Source: Octopus sinensis
Lineage: Eukaryota
Assembly (NCBI RefSeq): GCF_006345805.1
Contig: NW_021829460.1
Location: 1-6,017 of the forward strand
Reading direction: 5' to 3'
DNA: 6,017 nt
Both the position numbers and the translations under genes were made by a program. Positions 1 through 6,017 of this stretch are shown piece by piece. Below the pieces are notes generated by a model. That model ran no database searches. It saw only the letters and a program-made list of their open reading frames with translations, and was not told the origin of the DNA. Each line of letters begins with the position of its first letter. The first letter of the stretch is position 1.

Positions 1-676
1 GTGTGTGCGTGTAAATGTATATAAATGTGTTTAAAATGTATACGTTCGTATGCATTTGCGTGCTCGTACGCGTGTCTAATTATTTTGTAATTCTATATCG
101 ATATTCATTTTGTTCGATGATATTTTTTATTTTTTTCGTTTACTTCTTCAATGTGGAAATTTGAAATATTTATATATTGACAATGAGTATGTGATTAGCG
201 ATCTTTGATTGCTCATTAGTACATTTGTAAATTGATCACTAACTCTTTCTCACAAGCTCCAGTGTCTACAAACTCAAACATTGCAAGTTATTGAAGCCAT
301 AACTGAGAAATCATAAAATCATAGAATTCTAATTAGCATTCATGCATTCATGCACATACAGTTATATACATTTATATATATCAAGTTTAACGACTGTATA
401 CATTTATTATGCACACAGTTTTCCTCACTCACATAGTTTTATATATACCTTCTTCGAAAGCTGTACATCTTATAATTTATCTTTTTCGATTTTCAGTCAT
501 TTGAATGCGGCCATCCTGGGCCACCGTGCTGAAGAATCTTTAAATCGAATGAATCGACCCCAGTACTTATTTTACTTGAAAGTTTGTTCGTATTCTATCG
601 TTTCTCTTTTGCTGAACCGCTAGGCTAACGGGGCGTAAATTCACCAACACTTGTTCTTAAGCGGTGGCGGGCAAAT

Positions 677-718
677 ACAGACACAGACACAGACACACAC
701 ACACACACACACACACAC
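677..718. repeat. (ACAGAC)n/(AC)13 microsatellite internal to the host SINE
   Basis: ACAGACACAGACACAG followed by pure AC repeats at 693-718. Confidence 0.95.
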
Positions 719-790
719 TGGTCGGCCGAATACTATAATAAAAGGCACTTGCCCAAGGAGCCACGTAGTGGAACTGAACTGGGAACTATG

Positions 791-812
791 TGGCTGTGAA
801 GCAAAATTCTTA
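791..812. repeat. Target-site duplication, left copy (22 bp)
   Basis: TGGCTGTGAAGCAAAATTCTTA is identical to 1016-1037. Confidence 0.95.
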
Positions 813-1015
813 TTTCTTTATTGCCCACAAGGGGTTAAACATAGAGGGGACAAACAAGGAGAGACGAAGGGATTAAGTCGATTACATCGACCCCAATGCG
901 TAAGGATGAAAGGTAAAGTCGACCTCGGCGGAATTTGAACTCAGAACATAACGGCAGACGAAATACCGCTAAGCATTTCGCCCTGCGTTCTAACGTTTCT
1001 GTCATCTCGCCGCCT
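813..1015 (-). mobile_element. Nested tRNA-derived SINE (~200 bp), Octopus-type
   Basis: The minus strand begins AGGCGGCGAGATGACAGAAACGTTAG (A-box-like at 994-1004), has B box GTTCAAATTCC (930-940) and an A-rich tail ...GGGCAATAAAGAAA, and is bounded by a perfect 22-bp direct repeat. Confidence 0.9.
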
Positions 1016-1037
1016 TGGCTGTGAAGCAAAATTCTTA
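1016..1037. repeat. Target-site duplication, right copy (22 bp)
   Basis: Identical to 791-812. Removing 813-1037 restores a continuous tRNA-like SINE head. Confidence 0.95.
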
Positions 1038-1528
1038 CCAAACAGCCAACAACTTCACACTTTGATACCCGCTGAATGAAATACATTTTATATACACCTA
1101 CCCCAATAGCTATATACATTTTCACGCATCCATTTAACGATTCTACACATTGATATACACTTTCTTCGTAAGAGAAATACGTTTATATACATCATATTCG
1201 ACATCTATGAAAATTTACATACGTTTTCTTCGACAAGTATTTTATCTACTCAATGCAGAGAACTAACAATTGACGTCTCTGTCTTTCTGTTGTAAAAAAA
1301 TGGCTTTTCCGTTTTCGTTTCTGTTGAGTTCTACGTCTTTTTGTGGTGTCCTGTACGTATATATATTTATATATGCATGTATATATACATGTAGATGTAG
1401 GTAAGTACATATATGTTTGTATGTATGCATATATTTTATTTATTACACTATTGTCTGACAGCGCTTCGCGTCGGGTTCGTTCGATTCTTCGCTTCGTTCC
1501 GTTTCTTATCCTCCCAGTATTGTTTTAT

Positions 1529-1584
<56 letters not shown>

Positions 1585-1590
1585 TGTGTG
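1529..1590. repeat. Compound (TA)10(TG)n microsatellite
   Basis: Read directly; a degenerate TA/TG tract also lies at about 1355-1432. Confidence 0.95.
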
Positions 1591-1855
1591 GGGTGCGTGG
1601 GTGAATATATACAAACACACACATATACAGGAATATATATAAGGGTATTATTGCTTACAATGATATCAAGTTGCAAGCATGCATAAATGTATATATATGT
1701 GTATATATGCTTTCACTGCATACGTGTTTGTTAAAAATAGTATTGATATTTACTTTTCTGTAAATAGTTATAATAGTATTTTATAAGCTTAAAGCGATCA
1801 CCGCGCAATGACTACGGAAAATAGTCTAATAATGGGGCTTATAAGCCCTCGGCAG

Positions 1856-1860
1856 AAAAA
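1856..1860 (-). terminator. Putative Pol III terminator (T5)
   Basis: TTTTT on the minus strand, 12 nt downstream of the tRNA-like 3' end. The same GCTACATTTTTCTG context is seen at 3821-3834. Confidence 0.45.
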
Positions 1861-1872
1861 TGTAGCTTTTCC

Positions 1873-1945
1873 CGTACGCGTGGGACTCGAACCTACATAC
1901 CTTTGTTTACGCGACTAAGTGTGTTAGCTATTATACCAGCGAACT
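1873..1945 (-). pseudogene. tRNA-like pseudogene, anticodon CGT (Thr-like)
   Basis: AGTTCGC TG GTAT AATAGCTA ACAC AC TTAGT CGCGTAA ACAAA GGTAT GTAGG TTCGAGT CCCAC GCGTACG (73 nt). Perfect B box GGTTCGAGTCC (1883-1893). Acceptor stem 5/7, anticodon stem 4/5, T stem 4/5. G replaces the invariant U33 and the D-loop GG is lost. Confidence 0.75.
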
Positions 1946-2071
1946 AACCTGCTTTTTCTTATCAGATTTTAAGAACTATATTAGTTCGTAGTTGTTTTTG
2001 TAAACAAACTTTCATGTGCTTTCATTATGAATGGCTTTGTTAAGCAATGCAGAGTTTTACAATTCTGTAAG

Positions 2072-2084
2072 TAATAATAATATA

Positions 2085-2135
<51 letters not shown>

Positions 2136-2214
2136 TAATAATAATGATGATAATAATAATAATGATAATGATAATAATAATAATGATAATGATAATAATA
2201 ATAGTAATAATAAT

Positions 2215-2244
<30 letters not shown>
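2072..2244. repeat. (TAA)n microsatellite with TGA/TAG variants
   Basis: Read directly, about 170 bp. It begins at the TAA-rich motif native to the repeat unit boundary. Confidence 0.97.
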
Positions 2245-2245
<1 letters not shown>

Positions 2246-2247
2246 TT

Positions 2248-2502
2248 TGCCCATATCCTACGCAAAATACTCTCTATGTAATCCCAAGGTTTAAAACAAA
2301 CTTTTTTTTAATTTATTTATTTTATTTTATTTTATTTTATTTATTTATTTATTTATTTATTATGTATTAGACATTCACTAGTACAACACCAAAAAAAAAC
2401 ACCCAAATATATGGCACAGAACTTCCAACCTGTTGTCTCTTGAGGTCTCTGGGTGAGACTTGGAGCCAACTTGTACAGACATAAAGCAAAAGTCAAACAT
2501 AG
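2248..2502 (+). mobile_element. 5'-truncated 3' end of an R4/Dong-clade-like (RLE) non-LTR retrotransposon
   Basis: 2249-2281 reads GCC CAT ATC CTA CGC AAA ATA CTC TCT ATG TAA = AHILRKILSM*, resembling the C-terminal (LGT)AxILR(K/R)xL motif of R4/Dong/Rex6 ORFs. It is followed by a ~220-bp 3' UTR (with a (TTTA)n expansion and GAGGTCTCTGGGTGAGACTTGG) and flanked by (TAA)n on both sides. Dong elements are known to target TAA repeats. Only 10 codons support the clade call. Confidence 0.65.
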
Positions 2503-2567
2503 AATAATAATAATAATAATAATAATAATCATAATAATAATAATAATAATGATATAAAATAATAATA

Positions 2568-2605
<38 letters not shown>

Positions 2606-2617
2606 TTAATATAATAA

Positions 2618-2660
<43 letters not shown>
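2503..2660. repeat. (AAT)n microsatellite / retroelement tail
   Basis: Read directly, about 158 bp with a few interruptions. Confidence 0.97.
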
Positions 2661-2662
<2 letters not shown>

Positions 2663-3136
2663 ATTGTTTTGTCTTGGTATAAAAGATGGGCTACAGCAAA
2701 TATTCTGCTCAATACCACGATTTGTTTGTCAGTTGTTTGACCTTAACCAGTTGAGCATGTCCTTTAGTGGCTGACGATATGTGATCTCTGATCACGAGCA
2801 GAAGTAGTGGGGGAGCATCATAGCCATGTGTTGAGAGGGATTCTTGGGGTTGAATAGTTCACCTTTGGAAACATGGGTGGTTCTTTCAACATCCTTAACA
2901 ACCTTATTCAGGGACCGTTTGAGCGGGATGTGCCTACTCAACCTGAAGAAAATTCTAACTGGCCCCACCTGCAAGGTCATGTGCTGTTTTCTTGATATGA
3001 GATCACCATGTCGCGCACATATGGTTGTGATGCATGTGCCTGGTGTACCTTTATCAGACGGGTAGTCATGATAGGATATGGGCTTCGTATATTTTACCCC
3101 AGTGTCACTTTGATGGCATGAACTGCTCTCTCACTC
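2660..3136 (+). mobile_element. Non-coding interspersed repeat, copy 1 (5'-truncated relative to copy 2)
   Basis: Aligns to 3316-3773 at roughly 88-90% by eye (offset 656). Both copies end in CTGCTCTCTCACTC followed by an AAT-type tail. This copy lacks the ~68 bp present at the 5' end of copy 2. Orientation is inferred from the shared 3' end and variable 5' end. Confidence 0.8.
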
Positions 3137-3247
<111 letters not shown>

Positions 3248-3775
3248 TCCCTGATGCAGTACTAGGTAGTGGCTCTCATGGCTTCTGATCTTATCTGATT
3301 GGAAGTTTTATCATGTACATTGTTTTGTCTTGGTATAAAAGATGGGCTACAGCAAATATTCTGCTAAATACCACAGATTTGCTTGTCAGTTGTTTGACCT
3401 TAACCAGTTGAGCATGTCCCTTAGTGGCTGACGATATGTGCAACTCTGATCACGAACAGAAGTAGTGGAGGAGCATCATAGCCCTTTGTTGAAAGGAATT
3501 GTTGGAGTTTTGGATAATTCACCTTTGGAAACATGGGTGTTTGTCCAACATCCTTAAACAATCCTTATTCAAGGACCTTTTGAGCGGGATGGGCTACTCG
3601 ACTAGAAGAAAATTCTAACAGGGTCCCACATGCAAGATCATGTGATGTTTATCTTGATATGAGATCACCATGTCGCGCACATATGGTTGTGATGCATGTG
3701 CCATGATGGTTATACTGGGCTTCGCATATTTTACCCCAGTGTCACTTTGATGGCATGCACTGCTCTCTCACTCAA
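3248..3775 (+). mobile_element. Non-coding interspersed repeat, copy 2 (longer 5' end, 27-bp internal deletion)
   Basis: Starts TCCCTGATGCAGTACTAGG directly after (AAT)n. It lacks copy-1 bases 3040-3066 at junction 3701/3702 and ends CTCTCACTCAA plus a short degenerate AAT tail (3776-3800). Confidence 0.8.
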
Positions 3776-3816
3776 GAATGATAATAATAAAAATAATGAT
3801 ATTATTTCATAAGATT

Positions 3817-4242
3817 AAAAGCTACATTTTTCTGTGGAAGGCATATATGCTCCATTATTAGACTGTTTTTCTTAGTCATTGTGTGGCGATTGCTATAAGC
3901 TTTAAGCTTATAAAATACTATTGTTATTATTAACAGATTGTAAAACCCGATACTGCTTAACAAAACCATTCGCAGCGAAAGCACATGAAAGTTTGTTTAC
4001 AAAAACAACTACGAACTAATACAGTTCTTAAATCTGATAGGAAAAAGAAGGTTAATTCATTGGTGTAATCGATAACACCTTAGTCGCGTAAACAAAGGTA
4101 TGTGAGTTCGATTCCCTCGCGTAAGGAAGAAACTACTTATTTCTGTCGAGGGCTTTTATGACCCATTATTAGACGATTTTCCTTAATCATTGCACAGGGA
4201 CCGCTTTAAGCTTGTAAACTACTATTATTATTATTTACAGAA
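3817..4242 (+). repeat. tRNA-containing ~305-bp tandem repeat, right tract (3' part of one unit plus one full unit)
   Basis: 3817-3937 is a direct repeat of about 4128-4241 (TTTAAGCTT at 3901 and 4205; ACAGA at 3933 and 4237; period 304). The full unit 3938-4241 is the inverted homologue of 1757-2063. Confidence 0.85.
4054..4125 (+). pseudogene. tRNA-like pseudogene, anticodon CGT (Thr-like)
   Basis: AATTCAT TG GTGT AATCGATA ACAC C TTAGT CGCGTAA ACAAA GGTAT GTGAG TTCGATT CCCTC GCGTAAG is exactly 72 nt with canonical spacing. D stem 4/4, anticodon CGT at 4087-4089, B box AGTTCGATTCC (4105-4115). Acceptor stem is decayed and position 33 is G. Confidence 0.7.
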
Positions 4243-4933
4243 TATATATATAAATATATATATATTTATACAAACATATACGTTTATGCATATGATAAAT
4301 ATATATATATGTAATTATATGTATGTATGATTGTGTGCATGTATCTATATTCGCATGTATGTATATATGTATGTGTATGTATATATGTACATGAAAGTTC
4401 ATGTTTAAGATTTAATTTGATTCATTCGCATCTAATTCAATGATGAATGTCTTAAATACACACACATATGTATATGCATATATCTATATATATCTATCTA
4501 TATATATATACATATATATATCGCGAGAGAGAGAGTGTGTGAGAGAGAGAGATAAAGTGAGATATCCATATGGAGGCGTATCAAAATCGGCGTCTTATGA
4601 ATATGCATTTACACACATACACACATACACACACATACAAACACATATACATGAAGAGTCATACGTACACTTAGACGAAATATATAGATCTATGTATATC
4701 CGCATACGTTCTTATACTTACTTGAGATTTGGGTTTTATCACATATCTTGCACATTCTCGAAGACAGCTGAAGCATAAACACATTAATAACGAGAATAAT
4801 CAGAGAAATACATACACATATACACGCGCACGTTCATTCACATACGAAGGCTCTCGCACAAATGAATGCATCCATCAATGTACACACACACACATACAGA
4901 CACATATATACATACACACATATACGTATACTC

Positions 4934-5024
<91 letters not shown>

Positions 5025-5100
5025 CATTGACGCATTAACAGACAAACAAGTAAACGTACATACAAACACACATACATATATATGTATACACACAGATGCT
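4243..5100. repeat. Degenerate (TA)n/(CA)n/(GA)n low-complexity region
   Basis: Interleaved TA, TG, GA and CA runs (e.g. 4243-4390, 4485-4552, 4880-5025) with short unique spacers. Confidence 0.8.
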
Positions 5101-5122
5101 GATATACCGACATATGTCTACA

Positions 5123-5165
<43 letters not shown>

Positions 5166-5184
5166 GTATCTATGTATCTATCTC

Positions 5185-5223
<39 letters not shown>

Positions 5224-5236
5224 CTCTATCTATCTC

Positions 5237-5292
<56 letters not shown>
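5123..5292. repeat. (TATC)n tetranucleotide microsatellite
   Basis: About 170 bp of TATC with occasional TATG/TCTC variants. Confidence 0.97.
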
Positions 5293-5334
5293 AGTCTATT
5301 CATGTGTGTGTATACACACACACATATACGTCTC

Positions 5335-5424
5335 TCACACACTTTCTCTTCTACTGTCTCTGCCTTTCGCTCTCACTAACTCTTTCTGTCCCTGTCTCTC
5401 TCTCTCTCTCTCGCTTTCTTTCTT

Positions 5425-5480
<56 letters not shown>

Positions 5481-5550
5481 CAGAGAGAGAGAAGGGGAGA
5501 GAAGGTTGAGAGAGACAGCCAGAAAGAGAGAGAGACTGTGAGAGAGGCTT
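5335..5550. repeat. Compound (CT)n-(CTTT)n-(CT)n-(TA)9-(AG)n tract
   Basis: Read directly: a pyrimidine-rich half, a (TA)9 centre at 5463-5480 and a purine-rich half. Confidence 0.92.
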
Positions 5551-6017
5551 ATATGCAGGGAAGATTGTTTATAAATACCTGTGTATATACATATATACGG
5601 TTGTACGTGTGAATATATAATATACCACGAACTAGCATCTCTGCGTGCGTGTGTATATACATATGTGTTCCTGTGAGATTAGGAATATGTTTATATTGTA
5701 TTAAATGTGTGCTGTGCGATTATTCAGTTAAATACAAGTAATATGAAAATAATGGCAATGAATTAGAAGATAGATTAAATAAAAGCAGTGATACTTTCCA
5801 AACAGACAATATATTGACGCCAGTAAGATGGAACAAATATCAGTCTGCCAGGCAGACGACCGGATGTAACAGACAAGATGACGACACTTCATATCGGACA
5901 CCATTTTGAAAGGGAGCGACGAGGAGAAACGTGCGGCAAGCGGAAAGTTCCGTTCCTTCACGGCTAGTTTGAAGGAATTTGATTGAAAGTGAGTCATATG
6001 AGACCTCTGTTGAAAAT

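Larger units (their letters stand above)
476..1050 (-). mobile_element. tRNA-headed SINE (host copy), Octopus-type, interrupted by a nested SINE
   Basis: On the minus strand there is an A-box-like TGGCTGTTTGG (1038-1048) and a B-box-like AGTTCAGTTCC (770-780), then CCTTGGGCAAGTG, an internal (TG)n tract (677-718) and a 3' body (476-676, plus strand TTTCAGTCATTTGAATGCGGCCAT...ATCGACCCCAGTACTTAT...GAACCGCTAGG). This layout matches my recollection of a very abundant Octopus SINE. Family name not verified; the left boundary is approximate. Confidence 0.75.
1707..2080 (-). repeat. tRNA-containing ~305-bp tandem repeat, left tract (one full unit plus partial neighbours)
   Basis: The reverse complement of 1756-2068 aligns to 3933-4242 at about 85% (about 47 differences in ~313 columns, counted by hand). 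The unit-boundary motif TCTGT recurs at 1757 and 2064 (307 bp apart) and TGCTTTC at 1708 and 2017 (309 bp apart), showing the start of a further unit at about 1707-1756. Confidence 0.85.

Noticed and set aside
1873-1945. Functional tRNA-Thr(CGT) gene call for either copy
   Set aside because: G33 replaces U33, the D-loop GG is missing, and the acceptor, anticodon and T stems have mismatches (the acceptor stem is largely lost in 4054-4125). Called pseudogene instead.
2771-2803. Hammerhead ribozyme: CTGACGA followed by hairpin GTGATC-TCT-GATCAC
   Set aside because: The required GAAA directly after stem II is absent (GAGCAGAAG), the stem is offset by 3 nt from the core, and the hairpin is disrupted in copy 2.
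3994-4000. Forkhead/FoxO site TGTTTAC in the conserved block (and GTAAACA in the anticodon arm)
   Set aside because: A 7-mer in AT-rich DNA is expected by chance, and the second instance is simply tRNA-Thr-like loop sequence.
5728-5997. 89-aa minus-strand ORF as a gene
   Set aside because: No recognisable motif, and its 3' third runs into AT-rich low-complexity sequence. This length is expected by chance.

Overview
Non-coding eukaryotic DNA, rich in repeats and microsatellites. No credible protein-coding gene is present; most supplied ORFs are translations of simple repeats. The SINE families resemble abundant Octopus (cephalopod) SINEs as I recall them, so the taxon is an inference. There are three layered structures. 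(1) At 476-1050, a minus-strand tRNA-headed SINE carries a second SINE (813-1015) inserted between its A and B boxes, with a perfect 22-bp target-site duplication. (2) Two oppositely oriented tracts (about 1707-2080 minus and 3817-4242 plus) of a ~305-bp head-to-tail repeat, about 85% identical by manual alignment. Each full unit holds a 72-73-nt tRNA-like cloverleaf (anticodon CGT, non-canonical G33), a downstream T-run and a 45-bp invariant upstream block. (3) Between these tracts lies ~1.7 kb of (TAA)n microsatellite containing three co-oriented inserts: the 3' tip of an R4/Dong-like non-LTR element (AHILRKILSM*) and two copies of a ~530-bp non-coding element, one 5'-truncated. The rest is compound microsatellite plus a small CpG-rich unique patch at the right end.
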